The position numbers and the translations under genes are program-made. The notes beneath the pieces are model-generated. The model was given only the letters and a program-made list of their open reading frames with translations, ran no database searches and had not been told where the DNA came from. This document shows, in pieces, positions 1 through 9,174 of a stretch of 64,000 nucleotides of DNA. The DNA lies in the NCBI GenBank assembly GCA_965214705.1, contig CBDCCI010000002.1, forward strand, positions 1,888,001 through 1,952,000, read 5' to 3'. Position 1 is the first letter of the stretch; the number at the start of each line of letters is the position of its first letter. The stretch comes from Alphaproteobacteria bacterium (GTDB lineage: Bacteria; Pseudomonadota; Alphaproteobacteria; UBA828).

Positions 1-640
1 GGGGAGTTTCCTCGGGTCGTTGCTCGTGTGTCCGCAACCTTGTTCTGGGCGCGGAGCCTTGCTCATGCGTCCACGTCGAGAGCCGATGTGCGCCGAGCGA
101 CAAGCCCTACGCGGGCACGGGTGCGCCGGGGGCGGGGAGTGGCGGGATGCGCGGTTCACGTCCCTATCTATATACAGCAGGTAACGGAACGGCCCGTGGC
201 CAGAAGGTGCGCAAGCCATGTAGCTGAGGAGAACCGGGCGCGGGCGACTCCATGTTTGCGCACGGGACCTCTCAGGCCCGCTTGGCTCTTTTCTGCGCCC
301 GCAACCCTTCCGACCCAACTTCACCCCGGCCTCTCCCCTCCCCGATTCTCCGGACCATAGTGCGGTGTACGGCGCGTGCGGCTGGCGTCAGAATCGCGCC
401 ATGAAGCGCACGGGAATGCAAGTCGAGGCAGGCGGCAACCGGGTGAGCGGGCGCTCGTCTCGCGGGCGTCTTCTTTCCGCGATCGGCGTGATTGCCGACG
501 ACGACGCCAATAGGACAGAAGCCGTGAGCGCCGCAGCATCCCTTCTATCCCGCTTAATCCCGGCGAATCCCGCCTCAAATTTTGTTTGCTTGTCCCAGAC
601 ACCCGCATGGAGGACGCCGCAACCGGAACACCGGCACGAA

Positions 641-664
641 GAAGGGGGCCATGCGGCCCCCTTC
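641..664 (-). terminator. Probable intrinsic terminator of groESL
   Basis: Perfect 10-bp stem GAAGGGGGCC-atgc-GGCCCCCTTC about 30 nt past the groEL stop; U-tract is weak. Confidence 0.55.
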
Positions 665-692
665 CCGATTACGTGCGATGGAACGGACGGGC

Positions 693-2381
693 TTACATGC
701 CCATGCCACCCATACCGGGCATGCCACCCATTCCGCCCATACCGCCCATGCCTCCCATTCCGTGCATGCCGCCGCCGCCCGGAGGCATCGGCGGTGGCAC
801 CTCGGGAATCTCCGCGATGCCGGCCTCGGTCATGATCAGAAGTCCGGCGATGGACGCGGCGTCCTGAAGCGCGGTGCGCACGACCTTGGCCGGATCGAGG
901 ATGCCGGCCTCGATCATGTCGCAGTACTGGCCCTCCTGGGCGTCGAATCCCCGGGTCGCGCCGCGACCGTCGAGCAGCGTGCCCACGACGAGCGAGCCGT
1001 CGGCGCCGGCGTTCTCCGCGATATGGCGGGTGGGCGTGCGGATCGCGCTCCGCACGATAGCGATGCCGCGATCCTGGTCGGCATTGTCCCCCTGCAGCTT
1101 GTCGAGCTTGCGCGAGGCCGCGAGCAGCGCCACGCCGCCGCCGGCGACGACGCCCTCCTCCACCGCCGCGCGCGTGGCGCGCATGGCGTCTTCGACGAGC
1201 TCCTTCTTCTCCTTGACCTCGATTTCGCTGTCGCCGCCGACCCTGAGGATGGCAACGCCGCCGACCAGCTTGGCGAGTCGCTCCTCGAAGCGCTCCTGGT
1301 CGTATTCGGAATCGGTGGTCTCGATCTCGGTGCGGAGCTGCTGGCAGCGTTCGTTGATGGCCTTCTTGGTGCCGCCCCCGCCGACGATCACGGTCTCGTC
1401 CTTGCTCATCTCGACCCGCTTGGCCGTGCCGAGTTGGTCGAGCGTGATGCTCTCCAGCTTGATGCCCTGCTCTTTGTTCACCACGGTGCCGCCGGTGAGC
1501 ACGGCGATATCCTCGAGCATGGCCTTGCGCCGGTCGCCGAAGGCCGGTGCCTTGGCCGCCGCAGCCTTGAGGCCACCGCGCAGCCGGTTGACCACCAGAG
1601 TTGCCAGCGCTTCGCCGTCCACGTCTTCGGCGATGATCGCAAGCGGCTTGCCGGTCTGACCCACTTTCTCCAACACCGGCAGCAGCTCCTGCATGCTGGT
1701 GAGCTTTTCCTGGTGTACCAGGACGTAGGCGTCGTCGAGCTCCACCGTCATACGCTCGGCATTGGTCACGAAGTAGGGCGACACATAGCCCTTGTCGAAG
1801 TTCATGCCCTCGACGACATCGAGCTCAGTGTCGATGCCGGCCGCTTCCTCGATGGTGATGACGCCGCGCTCGCCCACCTCTTCCATGGCCTGCGAGATCA
1901 TGTCGCCCACCACCGGGTCATTGTTGGCGGCGACGGTTGCCACCTGCGTGATCTCCTCGCGGGTCTTCACTCGCTTGGACTTCTTGCCGATCTCTTCGAC
2001 CACCGCATCGACGGCGCGGTCGATGCCGCGGCGCAGGTCCATCGGGTTCATGCCCGCCGCAACCGCCTTGGCGCCCTCGCGTGCGAGCGCACGAGCAAGG
2101 ATGGTCGCGGTGGTGGTTCCATCGCCGGCGGATTTTTCGGTGTGAGTCGCGGCCTCGCGGACGAGCCGGGCGCCCATGTCCTGGAGCCGGTCCTCGAGCT
2201 CGATCTCCTTGGCGACGGTCACGCCGTCCTTCGTGATCCGCCCGTCGCCGCCCGCCGTCTGATAGACCACGGTGCGGCCCTTCGGGCCGAGCGTGACCGA
2301 TACGGCGTCGGTGAGGATGTCGACACCTTCGAGAAGGCGCTCGCGAGCCTCCTCGGCTTGGTGGATTTCTTTCTTGGCCAT
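693..2381 (-). CDS. groEL: Chaperonin GroEL (divergent copy)
   Basis: [39 protein letters not shown] motifs and GGM-repeat tail; 562 aa. Confidence 0.97.
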   Translation of the reverse strand: MAKKEIHQAEEARERLLEGVDILTDAVSVTLGPKGRTVVYQTAGGDGRITKDGVTVAKEIELEDRLQDMGARLVREAATHTEKSAGDGTTTATILARALAREGAKAVAAGMNPMDLRRGIDRAVDAVVEEIGKKSKRVKTREEITQVATVAANNDPVVGDMISQAMEEVGERGVITIEEAAGIDTELDVVEGMNFDKGYVSPYFVTNAERMTVELDDAYVLVHQEKLTSMQELLPVLEKVGQTGKPLAIIAEDVDGEALATLVVNRLRGGLKAAAAKAPAFGDRRKAMLEDIAVLTGGTVVNKEQGIKLESITLDQLGTAKRVEMSKDETVIVGGGGTKKAINERCQQLRTEIETTDSEYDQERFEERLAKLVGGVAILRVGGDSEIEVKEKKELVEDAMRATRAAVEEGVVAGGGVALLAASRKLDKLQGDNADQDRGIAIVRSAIRTPTRHIAENAGADGSLVVGTLLDGRGATRGFDAQEGQYCDMIEAGILDPAKVVRTALQDAASIAGLLIMTEAGIAEIPEVPPPMPPGGGGMHGMGGMGGMGGMGGMPGMGGMGM

Positions 2382-2426
2382 CGCCGAACGCTCCAGATTT
2401 CGATGCTTGTGCGGGAGGGTGCCGCG

Positions 2427-2714
2427 CTACTCGATCACGCCCATGATGTCGGACTCCTTCATGATCAACAGCTCCTCGCCGTCGACCTTGACTTCGGTGC
2501 CCGACCACTTGCCGAACAGGATGCGGTCGCCCGCCTTGACATCGAGGGGGGTGAGCCTGCCGTCCTCCCCGCGCTCGCCGGGGCCCGCGGCGACGACCTC
2601 GCCTTCCTGCGGTTTCTCCTGGGCGGTGTCGGGAATGATGATGCCGCCCGCCGTCGTCTGATCCTGCTCGATCCGCCGCACCAGCACGCGATCGTGCAAA
2701 GGCCTGATGTTCAT
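2427..2714 (-). CDS. groES: Co-chaperonin GroES
   Basis: [40 protein letters not shown]; start moved to the ATG at 2714 after GGAGGG. Confidence 0.97.
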   Translation of the reverse strand: MNIRPLHDRVLVRRIEQDQTTAGGIIIPDTAQEKPQEGEVVAAGPGERGEDGRLTPLDVKAGDRILFGKWSGTEVKVDGEELLIMKESDIMGVIE

Positions 2715-2772
2715 GCCGCCCTCCAAGACGTGACCGTGTTCAATTTCGCCAGTGTTCCGCTGCGAGCGCTTG

Positions 2773-2799
2773 TTAGCGCTCTCGCGTGGCGAGTGCTAA
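2773..2799 (-). promoter_or_regulatory. CIRCE element (HrcA operator)
   Basis: Minus strand TTAGCACTC-N9-GAGCGCTAA, one mismatch to consensus, upstream of groES. Confidence 0.92.
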
Positions 2800-2802
2800 G
2801 GC

Positions 2803-2831
2803 TTAATAGGGAGGCGGCGCGGCGGTGTCAA
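2803..2831 (-). promoter_or_regulatory. groESL promoter
   Basis: TTGACA-17 nt-TATTAA (CCCTATTA also resembles an RpoH -10) immediately before the CIRCE. Confidence 0.7.
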
Positions 2832-3095
2832 CAGCAAGCCGGGCCGACGGGGGAGCCTATACGCGAGCCGCAGTTTCCCAATTGTTCTTCGTTCATCCCA
2901 TGCCAAATGTCGGCCTCTGAGGCCCTTCCGGACGCGCGCAACGCGTGGATGCCAGGCATCCTCGCGCATCCCCCCTCTGCTTGGCCGGAGGATCGTTGAG
3001 TGAGGGAAAACATATAAGATACAGTCAGCTAAAAGATAATACTCCGATTATACGTTACGTAAATTATCAGCGAATCAAGCGTGGCCGTGGAGAAA

Positions 3096-4463
3096 TCAGC
3101 GGGCCGCAAGCGAGATGCCGGGGCGTCGCTCCAGCCGGCCGGCGTCCGCCGGCGTGAGGCTGACCCTGAGACGGGCCTCGCCGTCGTCGTCGGCATGCTC
3201 CAGGACCTTGCCGTGGCGATAGAGCCAGGCCAGAGTCGCGCCGTCGGCATAGGGCACCCGCACCTCGACGATGCGGCGCGCCGCCGTCAGCCGGGCGTCG
3301 ATCGCCCGGATCAAGTCGTCGACCCCTTCTCCGGTGAGCGCCGATGCCGCGACGACGCTCTGGTGATCGGTGAGGCCGTTGGCGCCGTTGCCCCCTTCCC
3401 TTCCCCGCTCCGCGAGGCAGGCGCGCTGGCGCGCCTCGAGCAGGTCGAGCTTGTTGAGCACCTCGACGATGCCGGTACCGAGGCGATGTTCGAGACCGAG
3501 CTCGGTCAGCACCCGGAGCACGTCGGTGCGTTGCTCGGCGCTGTCCGCGTGGGCGCAGTCGCGGACATGCACGATGAGGTCGGCCGCGACCACCTCCTCC
3601 AGGGTCGCGCGGAACGCCGCCACCAGATCGTGCGGCAGATCGGAGACGAAGCCGACGGTATCGGAGAGGATGACGCGCTGGCCCGATGGCAGGACGACCC
3701 CGCGCATGGTCGGATCGAGGGTCGCGAAGAGCTGGTCGCGCGCGACCGCCGAGGCCCCGGTCAGCCGGTTGAAGAGCGTGGTCTTGCCGGCGTTGGTGTA
3801 GCCGACCAGGGCGATCACGGGATAGGGGACGCGTTGGCGGGCGGCACGATGCAGCCCGCGCGTGCGCTTGACCCCGTCGAGCGCGCGCTCCAGGCGGTCG
3901 ATGCGGACGCGAATCTGGCGCCGGTCGGCCTCGATTTGCGTTTCGCCCGGCCCGCCCACGAAGCCAAGGCCGCCGCGCTGGCGTTCCAGGTGCGTCCAGG
4001 ACCGCACCAGGCGGCTCCGCTGGTAGCGAAGGGCGGCGAGTTCGACCTGGAGCCGGCCCTCACGGGTGCGGGCCCGCGCCGCAAAGATTTCGAGGATGAG
4101 CGCGGTGCGGTCGATGACCTTGCAGTGCCACGCGCGTTCGAGATTGCGCTGCTGGACCGGGGTGAGCGTACCATCCACGACGGCCAGTCCGAGCTCGTGC
4201 GCGGACACGACATCCGCGACCGCCTCCACGCGCCCGGGGCCGAACAGGGTCGCCGGCCGCGGCTTCTGCACGGGCACGACGTCAGCCTCCACGACATCGA
4301 GATCGATGGCGTGGGCGAGGCTCACCGCCTCGGCGAGGCGACTCTCGGGCTCCCGCGCGCGTTCGCACGCGTTCCCGGCCGCCGGCGGGCGAGCCAGCGC
4401 CGGATGCAGGACGCAGGTGCGCGGTGGCGAATTAGCGTCGCGCGGGACGCTGACGCTCGCCAC
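3096..4463 (-). CDS. hflX: GTPase HflX
   Basis: GPGETQIEADRR, GYTNAGKTT, DQLFATLDPT, DTVGF, NKLD; follows hfq. Confidence 0.96.
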   Translation of the reverse strand: MASVSVPRDANSPPRTCVLHPALARPPAAGNACERAREPESRLAEAVSLAHAIDLDVVEADVVPVQKPRPATLFGPGRVEAVADVVSAHELGLAVVDGTLTPVQQRNLERAWHCKVIDRTALILEIFAARARTREGRLQVELAALRYQRSRLVRSWTHLERQRGGLGFVGGPGETQIEADRRQIRVRIDRLERALDGVKRTRGLHRAARQRVPYPVIALVGYTNAGKTTLFNRLTGASAVARDQLFATLDPTMRGVVLPSGQRVILSDTVGFVSDLPHDLVAAFRATLEEVVAADLIVHVRDCAHADSAEQRTDVLRVLTELGLEHRLGTGIVEVLNKLDLLEARQRACLAERGREGGNGANGLTDHQSVVAASALTGEGVDDLIRAIDARLTAARRIVEVRVPYADGATLAWLYRHGKVLEHADDDGEARLRVSLTPADAGRLERRPGISLAAR

Positions 4464-4724
4464 TTACGTATCGTCCTCCTCTGCCGGCTCGGCTCCCTGA
4501 TCGAACAACTGGATCGGCTGAACCGGCATGACCGTGGAGATCGCATGCTTGTAGACAAGCTGCGAATGGTCATCGCGTTTGAGCAAAACACAGAAATTGT
4601 CGAACCAGGTGATAATTCCCTGGAGCTTGACGCCGTTCACGAGAAAGATCGTGACCGGCATTTTTCCTTTGCGGACGTGATTGAGGAAGACGTCCTGGAG
4701 ACTATGAGATCCCTTGCCAGTCAT
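4464..4724 (-). CDS. hfq: RNA chaperone Hfq
   Basis: [30 protein letters not shown]; start at ATG 4724. Confidence 0.96.
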   Translation of the reverse strand: MTGKGSHSLQDVFLNHVRKGKMPVTIFLVNGVKLQGIITWFDNFCVLLKRDDHSQLVYKHAISTVMPVQPIQLFDQGAEPAEEDDT

Positions 4725-4802
4725 GTGTTTCTCTATCCTTGCCTGCCCCCGCCTCCGAGGGGCCGGGCGCCTGGCATGCTCATGCAAGCATGCCACTGTT
4801 GA

Positions 4803-5465
4803 CTATATGGTGATTCCGTGCGCCCGCAAGAAGTCATGCAACCCCGCGTGATCGGCGACTTGATGATCCGGCACGCGCGGGTAGTCGCCATCGCGGGGCG
4901 GGTCGGCACTGACGATCACCGCGGCGCAGCCCGAATTTCGAGCGCAGGTCACGTCGATGCCCGTGTCGCCGACATACCATACGTCCAGGCCAGGAGTAAT
5001 ATCGGTGCCGTCGAGTGCCAGAGTCACGGCCTCTGGCGCCGGCTTGTCCACCGGCCCATCGTCGGCGCCGACGATGCGCCCGAAATAGCCGCTCCAGCCC
5101 AAATGTTCCGCTTCCTCCCGGACCAGGTCACCCTGCTTGCTGCTGACCACCCCGAGAGGCAGCCCGTCGCGGTGAAGCGCGACCAGCGTGGCCGCGGCGC
5201 CGGAGAGTGGGGTCAACCGACGCAGGTGATGCGCCCTGTAATGCCGGTAGAACGAGTGTTCGGCCCGCACCGCGTCGTCTCCGAAGAGGTCGGGGAACGA
5301 ATCCCGCATGGAACGCCGCACCCAGGCCTTGGTCTGCTCAAAGCTCCAGGGCTCGCGCCCCAGGTCGAGGAAGGTCTGCCGCAGGCTCTCGTGGATGATG
5401 TCCCAGCTCTCGACCAGCGTGTTGTCCCAGTCGAACAAGACGGCGCGCGGCCTCCTCAGCCTCAC
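4803..5465 (-). CDS. HAD family hydrolase (phosphoglycolate phosphatase-like)
   Basis: FDWDNTL motif I, KPAP, YVGDTGID motif IV; GTGA overlap with the dat stop. Confidence 0.85.
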   Translation of the reverse strand: MRLRRPRAVLFDWDNTLVESWDIIHESLRQTFLDLGREPWSFEQTKAWVRRSMRDSFPDLFGDDAVRAEHSFYRHYRAHHLRRLTPLSGAAATLVALHRDGLPLGVVSSKQGDLVREEAEHLGWSGYFGRIVGADDGPVDKPAPEAVTLALDGTDITPGLDVWYVGDTGIDVTCARNSGCAAVIVSADPPRDGDYPRVPDHQVADHAGLHDFLRAHGITI

Positions 5466-6325
5466 TGGTTGGCGAGCCCGCCGCGGCAATAGGTGAGATA
5501 GAGGTCGCGCAGCCGCAGGGTCACCGGGCCCGGCTCCCCAGTGCCGACCGGCTGACCGTCGATGCGAACGATGGCCCGGACGAAGGACGTGGTGCTGGTG
5601 AGGAAGGCCTCAGGCGCGGCCTGCGCCTCGGCCAGCGTGAACGGACGTTCGTCGACCTCGATCCCTGCCTCGCGAGCCAGTCGGAGCACCGTCTGGCGGG
5701 TTATGCCGCCGAGGATGTTCGATTCGAGGTCGCGAGTCACCACGCGGCCGGCACCGTCGACGATCCAGGCGTTGGTCGAGGAGCCCTCAGTGACCCTGCC
5801 TTGCGGATCGATGAACCAGGCCTCGTAGGCGCCCTGCTCGCGCGCCTCCTGCTTGGCCAGGACGTTGGGAAGCAGGGAGACCGACTTGACGTCGCAGCGG
5901 CCCCAGCGACCGTCCAGAATCGAGACCACTTCGGCACCGCGATCTGCCTCCGCGGTCTCGGGCCATTGAACCGAACGCGCGGTGAGAACAACGGCGCCCT
6001 CGGCATCTTCTGGGAAAGGATGATCCCGCGCTGCGGCGCCGCGCGTGACCTGCAGGTAGACCATGCCGTCCTTCACCCGATTGCGGCGCAGCACCTCGCG
6101 GGTCACCAGCTTGAGCGCGTTGCGCGGGATTGGCAGGTCCATCCTCAGCTCGCGAAGCGAGCGCTCCAGCCGATCCAGGTGTGGCTCTTCGTCGATCACG
6201 CGGCCGCCGAAGACCGCCGCGACTTCGTAGACCCCATCCGAGAACTGGTATCCCCGGTCTTCGACGTGGACGTGCGCCAGGTCGTGGCGCACATAGCAGC
6301 CGTTCACGTAAGCGATGCGGGACAT
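5462..6325 (-). CDS. dat: D-amino acid aminotransferase (class IV PLP enzyme)
   Basis: EDRGYQFSDGVYEV, DVKSVSLLPNVLAK, TEGSSTN, ILGGITR. Confidence 0.88.
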   Translation of the reverse strand: MSRIAYVNGCYVRHDLAHVHVEDRGYQFSDGVYEVAAVFGGRVIDEEPHLDRLERSLRELRMDLPIPRNALKLVTREVLRRNRVKDGMVYLQVTRGAAARDHPFPEDAEGAVVLTARSVQWPETAEADRGAEVVSILDGRWGRCDVKSVSLLPNVLAKQEAREQGAYEAWFIDPQGRVTEGSSTNAWIVDGAGRVVTRDLESNILGGITRQTVLRLAREAGIEVDERPFTLAEAQAAPEAFLTSTTSFVRAIVRIDGQPVGTGEPGPVTLRLRDLYLTYCRGGLANQ

Positions 6326-6337
6326 ACGTGCCTCCGG

Positions 6338-7714
6338 TCAGAAGAACTCCAGGCGCACGGCGAACATCTGCTCGATCTTCTTCACCGCGCGCGCCGCCGT
6401 CAGCATCACGACCCGGTCATGCTCCTGAACGACCGTCTGCGGGCGCGGAATGATGACATCGTCGCCGCGCACGATCGCGCCGACGATGATTCCGGTGGGC
6501 AGCTTGGTCTCCATGAGTGGTTGGCCGACGATGGGAGACGTCCCGAGAGCTTCGGCCTCGATGATTTCGGCGGCGCCGTCCCGGATCGAATGCACAGCCA
6601 AAATACGGCCGCGTCGGATGCGCTGCAGGATGGTCGAGACCGTCGACTCTCGCGGGCTTACCGCAACGTCGACACCGAGGCTCCCCATCAGCGGCCCATA
6701 GCTGGAATTGTTGACAAGCGAGATTGCGGTCCTGCAGCCGGCCCGCTTCGCCAGCAGCGCCGCCAGGATATTCACTTCGTCGTCGTTGGAGACCGCGATC
6801 ACCGCCTCGGCGAGTCCGATATTGATTTCGATGAAAATCTCGGGGTCCAGCGCATCGCCGCCGATGATGGTGGCCCGGGTGAGCCGCTCGGCCAGATAGC
6901 GCGCACGCTCCGGTAGCAACTCGACAATCTTTACGTCCAGTCCTGGATGAGTCTCCTCCAGCTCCTGCGTCAGGAAGTAGCCGATGTTGCCGCCACCAAT
7001 GATCACGACCCGGCGCGCCTCCGGCTCCTCGTGCCCGAACACGGCCATGCCACGCGCAACGTGCTCCGAGTCCACCGCGAAATAGACTTCGTCCCCGATA
7101 AGCATCTGGTCGTCGCCGCGCGGCACGATGAGCCGCGAATCCCGGCTGATCGCAAGCACCATGATGTTGAGTTCGGGAAAGAGCTCGGTGAGCTGGCGGA
7201 GCGGTGTATTGATGATGGGACAGCCTTCCTCGCAGCGCACCGCAATCACGCGCAAGCGCCCGCCGCCGAACGGCAGCATGTCGAGGGCACCCGGTACTTG
7301 AAGCCGGCGTTCGATGGCACGGGCGACCTCGATCTCGGGCGAGATGATCAGGTCGATCGGCATATGGTCGCGGCTGTAGAGCTCGGCCCAAGCCGGGTTC
7401 AGGTAGCTCTGTTGCCTCACTCGCGCGATCTTTTCGGGTACGTCGAAGAGGGAATGGGCAACCTGGCAGGCCACCATGTTGACCTCGTCCGAGTGGGTCA
7501 CGGCAACGATCATCTCGGCGGTCTTGGCACCTGCCTCTTCGAGCACGTCGGGGAGCGATGCGTTGCCGACGATCGCCCGCGCGTCCACCGTGTCGGACAA
7601 GCGCTGCACGACCGCCCGGTCGCTGTCGATCACGGTCACGTCGTTCGCCTCGTTGGCAAGCTGGCGCGCGATGTTGGCGCCGACCTGGCCGGCGCCGCAG
7701 ACGATGACCTTCAT
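6338..7714 (-). CDS. trkA: Trk potassium uptake NAD-binding protein
   Basis: MKVIVCGAGQVG, second GGGNIG RCK domain, AVRLEFF end; ATGA overlap with ntrX. Confidence 0.94.
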   Translation of the reverse strand: MKVIVCGAGQVGANIARQLANEANDVTVIDSDRAVVQRLSDTVDARAIVGNASLPDVLEEAGAKTAEMIVAVTHSDEVNMVACQVAHSLFDVPEKIARVRQQSYLNPAWAELYSRDHMPIDLIISPEIEVARAIERRLQVPGALDMLPFGGGRLRVIAVRCEEGCPIINTPLRQLTELFPELNIMVLAISRDSRLIVPRGDDQMLIGDEVYFAVDSEHVARGMAVFGHEEPEARRVVIIGGGNIGYFLTQELEETHPGLDVKIVELLPERARYLAERLTRATIIGGDALDPEIFIEINIGLAEAVIAVSNDDEVNILAALLAKRAGCRTAISLVNNSSYGPLMGSLGVDVAVSPRESTVSTILQRIRRGRILAVHSIRDGAAEIIEAEALGTSPIVGQPLMETKLPTGIIVGAIVRGDDVIIPRPQTVVQEHDRVVMLTAARAVKKIEQMFAVRLEFF

Positions 7715-9174
7715 GGGCTGTTCGGCTTGTCGGTGCTGGCGGGGCTCGTCTCCGCACCTCCCTTCCCGTCTCCCCCGTGCGCATCGTGCTCTCGGTCCAG
7801 CACTCCCAGCGAACGCAGCTTGCGATGCAGCGCCGAGCGCTCCATGCCGACGAACTGAGCGGTGCGCGAGATATTGCCGCCGAATCGTTTGATTTGAGCG
7901 TGTAGATAGTTTCGCTCGAACTGCCGTCGGGCGTCGCGCAAAGATAGCGCCATCAGGTCGCCCTGGCTTGAGAGCGCCTGTGCCGCCCCAGGCCTCGGCC
8001 TGAGGGCTGCCCGGATCATCTCCGCGCCAATCGGCCCGTTGGCGGGCATCGGTGCCATGATGAGTAGCCATTCCACGAAGTTGCGGAGCTGACGCACGTT
8101 GCCCGGCCAATCGAACGACTGCAGCATCGCGGTCCCGTCGCTACCAATCTCGCGCGGCGACACCCCGGCACTGTCTGCCGCCCGACGAATGAAGAAGTTT
8201 GCCAACTCGGGAATATCCTCCCGGCGGTCTCGGAGCGCCGGCACCTCGATGGGCGTGACCAATAATCGGTAGTAGAGGTCTTCACGAAAGCGCCCCTGCT
8301 CTATCTCATTCTCCATGTCCCGCGTCGTCGCCGCCATCACGCGGATATCGACCTCGATCCGCTGCGAGCCACCTTCCCGCTCGAACGTGTGCGCCTGCAG
8401 GGCACGCGCTATCTTGCCCTGAGTTTCAAGGGGCATGTCGGCGATCTCATCGAAGAAGAGCGTGCCGCGGTGGGCGCGCTCAAACGTGCCAATCTTGCGT
8501 GAATCGGCGGCGGCAACCCCGTTTCCCTCGCTGCCGAACAGCTCCAACTCCACACGGTCGGGCCTCATCATCGCTGCGTTGGCTACGACAAACGGTCCCG
8601 ACGAGCGGCACGAGCGGCTGTGGATCAGGCGCGCGAGCACCTCCTTTCCCGCCCCGGCGGGGCCGGTAATAAAGACTCGTCTGTCGGTTGGCGCCGCGCG
8701 CTCCGCAACCGTTCGAATCTGCTTGATTGCCGGCGAAGAACCGATCAGTTCCGTCGTTTCGCCGGCGCGCAGCTTCAACTCGGCGACCTCCCGCCTTAGT
8801 TCGGCTGCCTCAAGGGCGCGCGCGACCGTAATGAGCAGCCGATCGCTGTCGAGCGGCTTCTCGATGAATTCGTAAGCCCCCTTCTTGATGGCGGCGACGG
8901 CGGTATCGATAGTGCTGTGTCCGCTGATCATGATGACGGGCACTTCGGGATGCCGGTGCATAACCCCGTCCAGAACGTCCATTCCGTCGAGCTCGCTTCC
9001 CTCCAGCCAGACGTCGAGGATGACGAGTGACGGCAGTGGTCCGGAATCGATTGCCTCGATTGCGGCAGCACCATCGGCGGCATCACGCGGCGTATACCCG
9101 CCGTCCTCCAGGATCCCGGCAATGGATTTGCGGACGTAGGGTTCGTCGTCGACGATCAGAATATCGTGGGCCAT
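7711..9174 (-). CDS. ntrX: Response regulator NtrX (REC-AAA-Fis)
   Basis: ILIVDDE, LDVWL, GPAGAGKE, no GAFTGA motif, GNISRTAQFVGMERSALHRKL. Confidence 0.93.
   Translation of the reverse strand: MAHDILIVDDEPYVRKSIAGILEDGGYTPRDAADGAAAIEAIDSGPLPSLVILDVWLEGSELDGMDVLDGVMHRHPEVPVIMISGHSTIDTAVAAIKKGAYEFIEKPLDSDRLLITVARALEAAELRREVAELKLRAGETTELIGSSPAIKQIRTVAERAAPTDRRVFITGPAGAGKEVLARLIHSRSCRSSGPFVVANAAMMRPDRVELELFGSEGNGVAAADSRKIGTFERAHRGTLFFDEIADMPLETQGKIARALQAHTFEREGGSQRIEVDIRVMAATTRDMENEIEQGRFREDLYYRLLVTPIEVPALRDRREDIPELANFFIRRAADSAGVSPREIGSDGTAMLQSFDWPGNVRQLRNFVEWLLIMAPMPANGPIGAEMIRAALRPRPGAAQALSSQGDLMALSLRDARRQFERNYLHAQIKRFGGNISRTAQFVGMERSALHRKLRSLGVLDREHDAHGGDGKGGAETSPASTDKPNSP

Noticed and set aside
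1-600. ORFs at the window start, including a possible minus-strand start at 66
   Set aside because: No recognisable motifs; too little sequence to call
696-790. Tandem ccgcccat-type repeats
   Set aside because: They encode the normal GGM tail of GroEL
582-2999. 805-aa plus-strand ORF and many other long antisense or alternate-frame ORFs
   Set aside because: Shadows of real high-GC genes (here groEL/groES); no motifs, R/A/G-rich composition
3001-3080. AT-rich patch between hflX and groES
   Set aside because: No ORF, repeat or RNA structure I can support
7711-9174. Missing GAFTGA motif in a sigma54-type activator
   Set aside because: Normal for alphaproteobacterial NtrX
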